A DNA stretch of 64,000 bases, from IMG/VR virus record IMGVR_UViG_3300045996_003734, positions 32,001 to 96,000 of that record. One strand, given 5' to 3'. The notes under the pieces are model-generated. The model did not search any database and was not told where the DNA came from. It was given only the letters and a program-made list of their open reading frames with translations. Numbering within the stretch: the first letter of the stretch is position 1; each line of letters begins with the position of its first letter. The stretch comes from a virus. The position numbers and the translations under genes were made by a program. Below are positions 19,320-28,759 of this stretch, piece by piece.

Positions 19320-19793
19320 TCAGTAGCCCCCCGGTCGGGGCCGCCTCGCGTTCGGGGCGAACATGAACTGCGGGCAGTCCGCGCTCGCGATGCGGCCGCG
19401 CACGTTCGGGTTGCGCCCCGCTTTCGCTTCGCCAACCGAGCGGAGCTGCCCTTGCACGATGAGCTCGAGCATCTTCAGCGCGTCGGTGCGGTGCGACGCG
19501 TACGGGGCGCCCTGCCCGCACCACTGCGGCTTGCCCTGCATGCCCTCGTACATGGCGATCGCGCAGAGCTGGCTCTTGACCGCGTCGTCCTCGGCGACGA
19601 GCGCTTCTCGCTGCTCGCGCGCCGGCCAAGCCTTCATGAGCACCGCCTCGCCCAGGCGCGTGGCCACGACGCAGGCGACTGCAAGCCGAGGTCCCGGCTC
19701 GAGTCGCCCAGCGTCTGAGAACACCTGCGCAACGAATTGCGGCGGGTAGCGCTCCTCCAGGTCGAGCTGCGTAATGAGCGCCGGTGCGGGCAC
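19320..19793 (-). CDS. Head-tail adaptor (Mu gp36/DUF1320-like)
   Basis: DLEERY...LCAIAMY...DALKMLELI pattern. Confidence 0.75.
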   Translation of the reverse strand: MPAPALITQLDLEERYPPQFVAQVFSDAGRLEPGPRLAVACVVATRLGEAVLMKAWPAREQREALVAEDDAVKSQLCAIAMYEGMQGKPQWCGQGAPYASHRTDALKMLELIVQGQLRSVGEAKAGRNPNVRGRIASADCPQFMFAPNARRPRPGGY

Positions 19794-19801
19794 CGGTCAC
19801 C

Positions 19802-20398
19802 TCAGGAGTGGAGGAAGCCGCTCTGCTCGAGGTCTGCGAGCGTCTCCTTCGAGACGCGGTACACGACCGCCTGCAGCCCGAGCTCCTGCTGAAGCTCGGC
19901 CACGTCGTCGTCCGACTTGGTGACGATGAGCACGTCGCCGGCCTTCGCGTGGAGGCGGCCGCCCTTGCCGACGCCCGCCACACCCGAGGCGATGGTGACG
20001 CACTCGTTCAGCTGGCGCGCGTTCTCGGGTAGGCCGGCGATGGCCGTGCCGGCATTCTTGGCAGCCGTGGTCGCCGCGGCCAGCGCGGCGGTCAGCTCCC
20101 CGACCTGCTGCTCGAGCGACTTGCGAGCTCCACGCTCGCGGTCGAGCTCGCCCTGCAAGCCGTTGGCGCGAGCCTCCGCCTGCGAGAGCTTCACTGCGAG
20201 CTCGCCCGTCTTTTGCTCGAGCTTGGCCTCCGCCTGCTGGCGGATGCGGGTCTCGTCGTTCGGGGGCGGGGCTACGCTCGCGGCCCCTGCGCCGGTCGCG
20301 GCCCCGCCCTCGGCAGTCGCGCTCTCGCCCTTCGCCGCGCCGGCACCCGGATCGAGGACCTCGGTACCGCCCGCGGCTTGGTTCTTCGCCTTCGACAT
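19802..20398 (-). CDS. Hypothetical coiled-coil protein after the capsid gene
   Basis: ORF fills the capsid-adaptor gap. Confidence 0.65.
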   Translation of the reverse strand: MSKAKNQAAGGTEVLDPGAGAAKGESATAEGGAATGAGAASVAPPPNDETRIRQQAEAKLEQKTGELAVKLSQAEARANGLQGELDRERGARKSLEQQVGELTAALAAATTAAKNAGTAIAGLPENARQLNECVTIASGVAGVGKGGRLHAKAGDVLIVTKSDDDVAELQQELGLQAVVYRVSKETLADLEQSGFLHS

Positions 20399-20423
20399 TT
20401 GCGTCTTTCTCTCGAGCACCCTC

Positions 20424-21554
20424 TCAGGTGCTGAGCACGTCCTTGATGAGGCCGCCGGCGATGTTCGTCCCGAAGAACGTGGTCTCGCCGAAGCCGGCTT
20501 CGAACATGGTGCCGCCGTTGATGCCGCGGCCCTGCGGGATGTACTCGTTCGTCACGACGCCGGTGCCGCTGCGGCCCTTGGCGCGGAACGTCCAGCTGGT
20601 GGCGGTGCGCTTGCCGTCGCGCGGTAGACCCGGCGCCGGGTTCGACACCAGGACGACGTCGTCGCCGAGGATGTACTGCAGCGCGCCGCCAGCCGCCGGG
20701 ATACGGCGGGCCGGGCAGATGTGAATGGTCGGCATGCCGACGATGTTGAGCTGCTGGTACCCCTGCACGTCCGCAGCCTGGGCGATCTCCGGCTTGGGGC
20801 CGGCGGTGCCCATCGTGGTGTTGATGTACGCGCGCACGTTGTTGTCGGACAGGAACCAGTACGCGACGTCGGGGTTCATGCCGATGTCGGTGATGGGCTG
20901 CGCCGACGCGAGGATGCGGGCGTGGATGTCCGCGCGAGGGTCCTTGGTCGAGCCGTTGTCCCACTTGAAGTTCGTGGTCAGCGACGTGCGGTTGTTGGCG
21001 TTCCAGTTGTTGAGGGTCGTGAGCGCACCGAACACGCGGATCTCGCGCGACAGGTACAGCTTGTTCATGACCATCTCGCCGCTGGCCGCGCGCACGTCGT
21101 AGGCGTCGACCGCCTCGTTCTGCGCGCCCCACGGGATGAACGTCGCCAGACCGTGCTCGAAGGTCTGGTACTGCGTGGTCGCGCTGGCGTGCGCGATCTC
21201 GTTGATGGCGCCTTGCCGGCCCACCTCAGTGGGCACGTACTCGAACATGTTCTCGAGCGCGAAGTCGCGGCGGTTGCCCTTCTCCTTGTCGACCAGCACC
21301 ACCGGGGAAAACAGGTCCGCGCAGTAGGCGAAGGGGCTGTAGCCGCCGAGGTAGGTGTCGAGCTCGCGCGCCTGGTCCCCGACCTCTGCCGGCGTCACGG
21401 CCATGAGCACGCGGGTGCCGGCCGCGCCGACGCCATCCACGTTTTCGGTCAAGGTGAAGAAGCGATGGCCAGGAGGCGCACCGTTCTGATTCGAGAGAGT
21501 GTCGATGGCGAGCGGAAGCCCGTTGAAACTGGGCTGTCGGAGGGCTGCGTTCAT
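20424..21554 (-). CDS. Major capsid protein
   Basis: 376 aa after protease and cement; strong codon bias; AGGLIKDVL end. Confidence 0.88.
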   Translation of the reverse strand: MNAALRQPSFNGLPLAIDTLSNQNGAPPGHRFFTLTENVDGVGAAGTRVLMAVTPAEVGDQARELDTYLGGYSPFAYCADLFSPVVLVDKEKGNRRDFALENMFEYVPTEVGRQGAINEIAHASATTQYQTFEHGLATFIPWGAQNEAVDAYDVRAASGEMVMNKLYLSREIRVFGALTTLNNWNANNRTSLTTNFKWDNGSTKDPRADIHARILASAQPITDIGMNPDVAYWFLSDNNVRAYINTTMGTAGPKPEIAQAADVQGYQQLNIVGMPTIHICPARRIPAAGGALQYILGDDVVLVSNPAPGLPRDGKRTATSWTFRAKGRSGTGVVTNEYIPQGRGINGGTMFEAGFGETTFFGTNIAGGLIKDVLST

Positions 21555-21602
21555 GATGAGGTGCGTTCCTTCAGAGGGTGACGAGCGAGAGAGCGAAGCG
21601 CC

Positions 21603-21989
21603 TCACGGCGCGATGAAGCGGCCCTTCCAGAGCTCGAGCTCGAAGAGCCCGTCAGCGCCGGCACACGCCGACATGGCGCGACCCCAGATCGCACTCGCCG
21701 TGACAGCGGTAGCGAAGCGACCGTCGGTCCCGCATTGAACGAGTGCGTGGAGCGCGATAGCGGCCGAGCCTTTGGCCGTGACCTTGCCCTCGGTTTGCAT
21801 CGAGCGGGTGCCGTTTTGCGGCAGGTCTTCGGTCGTCACGCCGCCAGGCAAGCTGGTGACCGCGGTGGGCAGGATGACTTCGTCCTGACCAACGCCGGGG
21901 ATGACGCCAAGGCCCTTGCCGATGGCTGCGTTTACGTTCTTGGCCGTTCGGAAGTACGAGGGGCTGGTGATTTCTCTCGGAGTCGGCAT
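21603..21989 (-). CDS. Capsid cement/decoration protein
   Basis: AAIALHALVQCGTDGRF...GRAMSA; precedes the capsid gene. Confidence 0.75.
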   Translation of the reverse strand: MPTPREITSPSYFRTAKNVNAAIGKGLGVIPGVGQDEVILPTAVTSLPGGVTTEDLPQNGTRSMQTEGKVTAKGSAAIALHALVQCGTDGRFATAVTASAIWGRAMSACAGADGLFELELWKGRFIAP

Positions 21990-22047
21990 GGCTTTCCTCG
22001 GGTCGCTGTCAGTTCAAAATGGGAAGCGGTGGGTGTGGGCGCGGCGC

Positions 22048-23676
22048 TCAGAGCGCCAGCTGGCCCGTGCGGATGAAGCCGCTCGCGGCGCGGACCTGCG
22101 TCTGCAGCGGCAGGTCCTTGAAGCCGGGCGTCTTGTCCTTGTGAAACGCCGCGCACTTCTCGATTTCGTTGCGACCGGGGTAGGCCGCGAACAGCTGAAC
22201 GTGCGCAGGCGGCGCGCCCGGGGCCCCGACGGCAGGAGCCGACGCCGGCGCGGGAGCGGCGGGCACCACGACGCCGTTGAGCAGCTGGACGCCGTTCTGT
22301 CCGGCGACGAGGCTCTGCGAGAGCAGCGCCTTCGCTGCGTCGGGCCTCGGCAGGGGGTACTGCGCGTAGAACGCCGCGAGCTTGGTCTCCCGCTCCTTGG
22401 GGTCGTCCACGTTGCAGGCGAGTCGCGAGGTGAGGAGCAGCGGCTTGAACTTCGCCGCGGTGTCGCCGCTCAGGCCCATCGATGCGGCGATCTGCTCGAC
22501 CTCCACCTCGGCCTCTTTCTTGTCCGCCGCGCCCAAGCGGTCGCGAGCGGCAGTCAAGCCGGCTAGGTACTCGTCGGCCTTCTTGGCCTTCTCGATGGTC
22601 TTGGCCGCGTCGCCGAGCAGCGCGGTCATGTCGTCAGACTCGAAGAGCCCGAGCAGCTGATCGAGCGTGTCGCCCTTGACCTTGGCCTTCTCGGCGGCAG
22701 CGAGCAGCACCGGCTCGGAGTCGCGGCAGTTGAACAGGTCGGCAAGCTTGCCGAGCAGGGCGGTCGCGAGAGCGGGAGCAGGGGCAGCGGGTGCGGTCAT
22801 GGTGTTGTCCTCGGGGGCCGTTGGCGGCGAAGTGCTCGGGTCTGCAACGCCCATGACGAGCTGACCCGCCGTCGTGAGAATTTCGTCCGAGCTCGCGAGC
22901 ACGCGCAGACCGAGCAGGCGGCGCACCGAGTCCACGAGGTAGCCAAAGCCATCGGGGAACGCGGCCGACGTCATGCCGTTCGCGACCGCGTTGCGCAGCG
23001 TCTCGATCTCTACGGCGACCTCCGCCGCGGCGGCGTCTCCCGGCAAGCCGAGCAGATCGCGCAGGCCCACGAGCGCCTCCTCAGCGCTGTCGGCCTTGCC
23101 GTAAACGCTCACGCTGGCGGCGATCGGCGCCATGCCCTTGATGAAAGGGTGATTGGTGAAGGCGATGCTGGTGAGCAGCGCGCCGATCGGCTTGCCCGTT
23201 GCCGCGTCCTTCGCGCTCGGCCACACGGCTACGCTGGTCGACAGGTAGCCGCCCGCGCGAATCTGCTCTCGCGCCTGGTCGCTGAGCAGCGTGAGCGCCC
23301 ACAGCTCGGCGCCGTTCTCGCCCTCGCGCAGCTGCAGCTCCGTCGCCCACGCCGGAGCCGGAGCGCCCGTGGAAGGCAGCGTACCCTCGGTCGGCGCCAT
23401 CTCGCTCGCGTGTTCGTAGTCGTACGGCACAACGCGCTGCGTGCCGACGCCGTCGGGCCCCGGGCTGTACCAGGGGTTCGCGTGGAAGTTCGCGATGATT
23501 TGTTCGAACGACTTCCGCGTGAATTCGACGACGCGGCCGCTCGGGTGGCCCTCCCACTTGCCCTCGCGGGCGACCTGGATCCAGACGGCGCCGTCGTTCG
23601 CGACCTGCTCCGCGCTGAGCTTTACGGGTACGCCGAAGGCGCGGAGATGGAGCTTGGTGTCATTCTTGCGAGCCAC
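22048..23676 (-). CDS. Mu gpI-like prohead protease/scaffold
   Basis: YDYEH, APAWA, YLSTS, SIAFTNHPFIKGM motifs. Confidence 0.9.
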   Translation of the reverse strand: MARKNDTKLHLRAFGVPVKLSAEQVANDGAVWIQVAREGKWEGHPSGRVVEFTRKSFEQIIANFHANPWYSPGPDGVGTQRVVPYDYEHASEMAPTEGTLPSTGAPAPAWATELQLREGENGAELWALTLLSDQAREQIRAGGYLSTSVAVWPSAKDAATGKPIGALLTSIAFTNHPFIKGMAPIAASVSVYGKADSAEEALVGLRDLLGLPGDAAAAEVAVEIETLRNAVANGMTSAAFPDGFGYLVDSVRRLLGLRVLASSDEILTTAGQLVMGVADPSTSPPTAPEDNTMTAPAAPAPALATALLGKLADLFNCRDSEPVLLAAAEKAKVKGDTLDQLLGLFESDDMTALLGDAAKTIEKAKKADEYLAGLTAARDRLGAADKKEAEVEVEQIAASMGLSGDTAAKFKPLLLTSRLACNVDDPKERETKLAAFYAQYPLPRPDAAKALLSQSLVAGQNGVQLLNGVVVPAAPAPASAPAVGAPGAPPAHVQLFAAYPGRNEIEKCAAFHKDKTPGFKDLPLQTQVRAASGFIRTGQLAL

Positions 23677-23711
23677 GCGGGCAGCTTGGCCCGCACGTGG
23701 TCGCCCTGACC

Positions 23712-24026
23712 CTAGCCGCCGACGAGCTCGTCGGGCTGCCCCGCGCGGCGCCGCACGAGCTTGCCGTCCACGATGGTGACGACCTCGTCGCGGTCTTCAC
23801 GCGTCAGCGCGTCGTCCACCGCGGCGTCGTTCTCCTTGCCGGCCTTCGTGCGGATGAGCTCGTTCGCGCGAGCCATCACCTCGGTGGGCTTGGCGACCAG
23901 GCGGAAGAACAGGCGCACGCCGTCGGGCGTGAGGCCTCCGGTGCGCTGGTACTCGGCGAGCTGCCGCGCAGCGGCCTCCACGTCATCGCGTGGAGGCGCG
24001 CCCTTCGGGAGCAGCGGGGCCGTCAT
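23712..24026 (-). CDS. Small protein coupled to MuF (candidate immunity/partner)
   Basis: ATGA overlap with the MuF stop. Confidence 0.6.
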   Translation of the reverse strand: MTAPLLPKGAPPRDDVEAAARQLAEYQRTGGLTPDGVRLFFRLVAKPTEVMARANELIRTKAGKENDAAVDDALTREDRDEVVTIVDGKLVRRRAGQPDELVGG

Positions 24027-26782
24027 CCGGCCCCCAGCATTCGCGCCTGAACCTTTGCCAACTCCTTAAGCATTTCTTCCTTCTGCTCGGCCGTCAAGCC
24101 GAGCTCCCGCACCCACTCCGACACACCCTCCGCCCCGCTACCGCTCGAGCGAAGAAGCGCCGCTCTTTCGTGCGCTTTCGCCATCAGCTCCAGCGCCTCC
24201 TCCGAGCCGATGCCCTTCAGCTTTTGGAGCCGGTACCGGATGGCGTTGATCTCTCCGGAGTACGCCATGCCCGCGTCCGAGAGCTTCAGCTTCGGTACCA
24301 GCTGGCGCATCACGCGGCGCGCCGTGAGCTCGGTCCCGATCTCCTCGACCACCACGCTGTGCGGGGTGACGTCGTGGAGGTTGCTGCCCGAGAGGCTGTG
24401 CACCTCCTCGTGCACCATGATGCGCAGGCCGTCGAGCTCCTTCCGGATCTCGGGCGTGAGCGTCTTGATGGGTCCGGAAGAGATGCGCTGCATCGCGCGC
24501 CGCGCGCGGTCGACGACGTCGGGCGAGTAGGTGACCTTGGCCGTGCCTGGCTCGAACATCGCCTCGAAGCCGTGCACCGCCACGTCCTCGCCCGAGACGG
24601 TCATGTCGCCGAGCACCGCGTCGCGCGCCTGCGGCACCGTCTCCCGCACCAGGTCGCGGAGCGCAAGGCGCGCCTCGGCGCCGTTGGCGAGCTGCCCGCT
24701 TGCCGTCCGCTCGAGCGCGGCGTTGAAGCGTCCGGGCAGCGCCGCGCGGCGCTCGGCCGTTGCGGCCTGCTGCATCGCAGCGCGCGCAGCCTCGAGCTTG
24801 CGCTGCGCCTCGGCCTCCGCGGCGGCCTTCGCGAAGTGGTCGGCAACCCGGTCCCGCTTCGCCGCGCTCTTCTTGAAGTACGCCTTGATTTCCTCGTACT
24901 TCGGATCCCCCGGGGCGACGTCGGCAGACATCGGGATGAGCCCGCCGTCCCCGTTCCCTCGCGCTCGCAGGAAGGCCTTGCCGACCTGCTCGCCGTCCAC
25001 CTCGAGCATCGCCAGGTCGCGCACCCGAGGCAGCGCGTCCACCGCCTCGGCGGGGATGTGCGGGAACGCCTTTTTGAACTGGCCCTTGAGGTTCTTGAGC
25101 TGGGTTGGGTTCGTGTCGAAGCCAGCGCGCGCCCAGACGTATTGGCCGTCCCACGCGGCCTCGAGCTTGATCTTTTTGACGCCCAGCTTCTCGTACTGCT
25201 CGAGCTGGTTGACGAGGATCCGGCTGCCGATGCCCGAGCCTTGGTGCTCCTTCGCCACCCGCAGGTAGCCGTGGTGCACCACCATGTCGCCGTTCTTCTC
25301 GAGCTTGTAGTCGCGCTGAACGGTGGCGACGTACTTCCCCTCACGGTCGACGATGCGCGCCTTGAGGTCGATGGCGTTGGACGTCGCGCTGATGCGGAAG
25401 TCGTCTAGCCGGTGCCCGTCGTCGAACGTCGCGGGCGAAACGAGGGCTTGGTACTCCTCGGGTGAGAGCGCCCGGCCAAAGCCCTTCTGGCTGACCGCGT
25501 GCAGGTGCTTCAGCTCGCTCGCCTCGAGCTCGATGGCGGCCGCCGTGAATTGGGCGTGGGTCGCTGGCGCAGCGGCGACCGGCAGCGGCACTGGAGGCAG
25601 CCGGATGGGCGGCGCCGGCGGCGCTGTGGACGGCGTGGGCAGCTCGATTGCGGGCGGCGGCACGGGGCGCGGGGGCGGAGCACGCACCGGCACAGGCGGG
25701 CGCTGCGGTGCCGGCGGCGGGGCGAGCGCGGCGGCCGGCACGCTGATGAGCTGGCTGGTGCCGGACTCGAAGCCGGGGTCCGGCAAGCCTTTGGGGACCG
25801 GGCCCACCTCGATGCCCATGCGCTTGAGCCACGCCAGCGTGCGCGCGATGACGCGGCAGCGGCAGTTGAAGCCGAAAGGCGGGTAGGCCAGCTTCCAGAA
25901 CGGGTGATTCGCCGGGAGCACGATGCCGTGCGCGCGCTTGTGCGTCTCGCGCTGGCGCGCGTCGGTGACGCCTCGGATCTGCCAGTACGGCAGCGCGGCC
26001 AGCACGGCGGGTTGGCTCATCTCGGCGCGCCGCCCGCTCGCCACGGCGCTCATGCTGTTCGTGCGGAAGATGGTCTCGACGTGGCTCGGGTTGTCTGGCG
26101 TCCAGCCCGCCGTCTTCAGGCGCTCCTTGGCGAACTTGCGGAAGTCTCGGAGGTTGGCGCCCTTCGGTGTGCTGCCGGGGGTGCCGGGCCGCCTGCCCTG
26201 CCCGTCGCGCAGCTGGCGGACGAGCTCGGCCTTGGTGGCGTTGAGCAGCTCCTCCTTGGCCATGCCGGCGACGGTGAAGGCCTGCTTCCGCGCACCCTCC
26301 TGCATCGCGCGAAACGCCGCCGGCGGCACGACCTTGCGCTGCTCGAACTGCGCGATCGCGGTCTCGCCCGGGAGGTGCACCAGGCCCGGCCGGCGCCGCA
26401 CCGCGAACGTTGCCGGCGCCAGCTCCACGTCGTGCTCGCGCTCCCACTGCGAGTCGAGCGCACCGAGCATCAAGCCCCGCAGAATGGTCTGCTCTATCTC
26501 CTTCGCGAACGCGCCCACGTCGATGCGCGCGCGCTCGAGCGCGCTTCGAATTTCGAACTCCGTTTCGCTGTCGCCGATAGCCTCGAGGACGGCCTCTCCC
26601 CAGGCGGCCGTGATCCGAGTTGCCGCAGCCACGCCGTCTTCGACGAGCGCCTCCGGAGAACCGTTCGGGCTGTCGGGTTGCTCGGCGCAGCAGACGTGCT
26701 CGCCCAGCAAGTCCTGAGCGTTGAGCGAGGCGTAGAACCGCTCGAGCTCGAGGAGCTCCGCGCGCGCCTGCTCCGCGTTCAT
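24023..26782 (-). CDS. MuF/gp7 minor head protein extended with a Pro linker, a GNAT-like domain and an HExxH domain
   Basis: AFTVAG, IFRTN, DARQRETH, PPFGFNCRC; RVAKEHQGSGIG; HEEVH...EE. Confidence 0.88.
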   Translation of the reverse strand: MNAEQARAELLELERFYASLNAQDLLGEHVCCAEQPDSPNGSPEALVEDGVAAATRITAAWGEAVLEAIGDSETEFEIRSALERARIDVGAFAKEIEQTILRGLMLGALDSQWEREHDVELAPATFAVRRRPGLVHLPGETAIAQFEQRKVVPPAAFRAMQEGARKQAFTVAGMAKEELLNATKAELVRQLRDGQGRRPGTPGSTPKGANLRDFRKFAKERLKTAGWTPDNPSHVETIFRTNSMSAVASGRRAEMSQPAVLAALPYWQIRGVTDARQRETHKRAHGIVLPANHPFWKLAYPPFGFNCRCRVIARTLAWLKRMGIEVGPVPKGLPDPGFESGTSQLISVPAAALAPPPAPQRPPVPVRAPPPRPVPPPAIELPTPSTAPPAPPIRLPPVPLPVAAAPATHAQFTAAAIELEASELKHLHAVSQKGFGRALSPEEYQALVSPATFDDGHRLDDFRISATSNAIDLKARIVDREGKYVATVQRDYKLEKNGDMVVHHGYLRVAKEHQGSGIGSRILVNQLEQYEKLGVKKIKLEAAWDGQYVWARAGFDTNPTQLKNLKGQFKKAFPHIPAEAVDALPRVRDLAMLEVDGEQVGKAFLRARGNGDGGLIPMSADVAPGDPKYEEIKAYFKKSAAKRDRVADHFAKAAAEAEAQRKLEAARAAMQQAATAERRAALPGRFNAALERTASGQLANGAEARLALRDLVRETVPQARDAVLGDMTVSGEDVAVHGFEAMFEPGTAKVTYSPDVVDRARRAMQRISSGPIKTLTPEIRKELDGLRIMVHEEVHSLSGSNLHDVTPHSVVVEEIGTELTARRVMRQLVPKLKLSDAGMAYSGEINAIRYRLQKLKGIGSEEALELMAKAHERAALLRSSGSGAEGVSEWVRELGLTAEQKEEMLKELAKVQARMLGAG

Positions 26783-28383
26783 CGCCCGCCGATGGTCGTG
26801 AGCAGCTTCAGCACGTGCGCGGCGCGAACGAGCTGCAGGGGGTCCCGGTCGGTGAACGTGTCTTGGTCAGGCAGGCCTTGGCCGTCATCGCCAAGGGGCG
26901 ACGCGCCGCCGGCCCCGCTCTGCTGTCCGAATCCACCACCACCGCCGCCGCCGCCGGGCGACCCGAAGCCGCCCGCGGGCTGCGGCGCCTGCTGCACCAC
27001 CAGGTCCTCGGGTTGCGGCTCGGCAAAGCCCACGCGCTCGTACACCTCCGAACGCTTGAGCGGGATGCCCAGGCCGAACACCTTCGCGGTGCGCTCGATC
27101 TCCTGCCCACGCGTCGGCGTCACTTCGTACTTGAGCTCGATGCGGGGCGCGTGATCGAGCGCCTCCGCGCCGAAGTTCAGGACGATGATGTCCGCGCCGA
27201 GCTGCTCGGTGAGCAGGTCGGAGATGTCCCAGCCGTCCGCCGCGTACACGCTAGACTGCTCGTCCTGCCCGACCTCGTCGCCGGCGGAGCCGAGCGCGCC
27301 CGGCTTAGCGTCGTTCGTGCGCGTGGTCCCGGAGACCAGCTTGCTGATCTCGTCGTTGCATTCCGCCGCGACTTCCTTGTGGATGGTGCCGGAGTTGTGG
27401 TCGGGAGTCTCGAGCTGCAGCTTGACGCCGGGCGGCATCACGCCGGTGGCGTTCGCTCCGAGCGCGTCGGCGGAGATGGCCGCCTCGTCCAGCGTCTCCT
27501 GCTGGATCTGACCGTCCTCAGCCCAGACGATGCGCCAAGGCTTGCCGAACACCTCCAGCAGAATCAGGCGTTCTCGCCACGAGAAGCGCTTGAAGAAGCT
27601 GAAGTACATGCCGCGCGGACCGAAGCCCTCGCGCTCTGGGTAGTCGTTGAACTGCTGCGGCGTGAAGCTGATGAACTTGAACGGGATCTGCCGCAGCTCG
27701 AGCCCGCGCCGCTCGAAGGCGCCACCGGCGAAGCTGTCGTCACGCACGCGCAGCTCGCGCTCGGGGCCGAAGCTCAGCCGCCGCGGATGAATCCAGTTCA
27801 GGCTGTCGATGCGCCACTTGACCGTGCTGCCGGCGGGGTTCTCGCGCCAGACCTTCTCGAGCGCGGCGCGCCCGTGGCACTGCGCCCAGTTGAGCCTGCG
27901 CACCTGCTGGCGCCAATTTGGGATCCAGGCGAGCTGCTGGCGGACGACGTCGGCGTAGAGCTTGGCCTTGCTTGGGTCGATGCCGTCGCCGGAGGCCGCG
28001 ATCACGTTGGGCTTGATGCTGGCGAGGGCTCGCACCCGCTTGCCCACCGCCGACGTGAAGTGCGGGTCGATGGCCAGCGTCTCGTACTGGAGGTCGGTGA
28101 GGTCCCGCATGTAACCGAGCTCCGCCGAGCGGACGGCTTGCTCGATGAACTCGGGGGTGAGGGAGCGGCCGTAGTACCGGCGGTTTTGCTCGGTGAGGGG
28201 GAGCTCCCCGCCGAACATCGATTCCTGCAGGTTTTGCCGGGCGACGAACTGATTGCCCGCAGCGTCGAAGCGGAGGCGGATGCCCTGGCGGGCAGCGCGC
28301 TCGATGGCGGCGATGCGCTGGCGTTCCTCGAGCGGGGCTCGCTGGAGGATACCCTGCCGGGTGTGCAACGGCGCCAGCTTCAC
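26779..28383 (-). CDS. Portal protein (Mu gp29/DUF935)
   Basis: DPHFTSAVGKR, LEVFGKPW, NDEISKLVSG; GGAGG before GTG. Confidence 0.9.
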   Translation of the reverse strand: MKLAPLHTRQGILQRAPLEERQRIAAIERAARQGIRLRFDAAGNQFVARQNLQESMFGGELPLTEQNRRYYGRSLTPEFIEQAVRSAELGYMRDLTDLQYETLAIDPHFTSAVGKRVRALASIKPNVIAASGDGIDPSKAKLYADVVRQQLAWIPNWRQQVRRLNWAQCHGRAALEKVWRENPAGSTVKWRIDSLNWIHPRRLSFGPERELRVRDDSFAGGAFERRGLELRQIPFKFISFTPQQFNDYPEREGFGPRGMYFSFFKRFSWRERLILLEVFGKPWRIVWAEDGQIQQETLDEAAISADALGANATGVMPPGVKLQLETPDHNSGTIHKEVAAECNDEISKLVSGTTRTNDAKPGALGSAGDEVGQDEQSSVYAADGWDISDLLTEQLGADIIVLNFGAEALDHAPRIELKYEVTPTRGQEIERTAKVFGLGIPLKRSEVYERVGFAEPQPEDLVVQQAPQPAGGFGSPGGGGGGGGFGQQSGAGGASPLGDDGQGLPDQDTFTDRDPLQLVRAAHVLKLLTTIGGR

Positions 28384-28721
28384 GAGCCGCGCCTCCACCA
28401 CCGACGCGCAGGCGCCGGCGGCGGCGCGGCCTGCGCCGCTCGCGCCGCCTGCTCGTACTGCGCTCGCGCCCCGAGCTCCGCCGTGCGCAGCTGCGCGAGC
28501 TCGCTCTCGACCTGGGCCGCAAGCACCTCGATGCGTGAACACCACCGCTCAGTCAGCGCCCAAAGGAAGGCCGAGCGAACGGCGCCCAGCGGGCCGCCTG
28601 CCTTCGCTTCCGCCGCCCGCCACGTCGCTGCAGTCCGGCGCAGCTCGCCCACGAGGCGCTCGGCAAGCTCTCGCCTACCGGTTGCCAAGCCAAGGGAATG
28701 AGCCAGCTGGGTCGCGTCCAC
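28380..28721 (-). CDS. Hypothetical helical protein
   Basis: GTGA-coupled to the portal. Confidence 0.5.
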   Translation of the reverse strand: MDATQLAHSLGLATGRRELAERLVGELRRTAATWRAAEAKAGGPLGAVRSAFLWALTERWCSRIEVLAAQVESELAQLRTAELGARAQYEQAARAAQAAPPPAPARRWWRRGS

Positions 28722-28759
28722 GCTGGACGATGTCAGCCCAGGCGCGACCTGGCCCCGCG

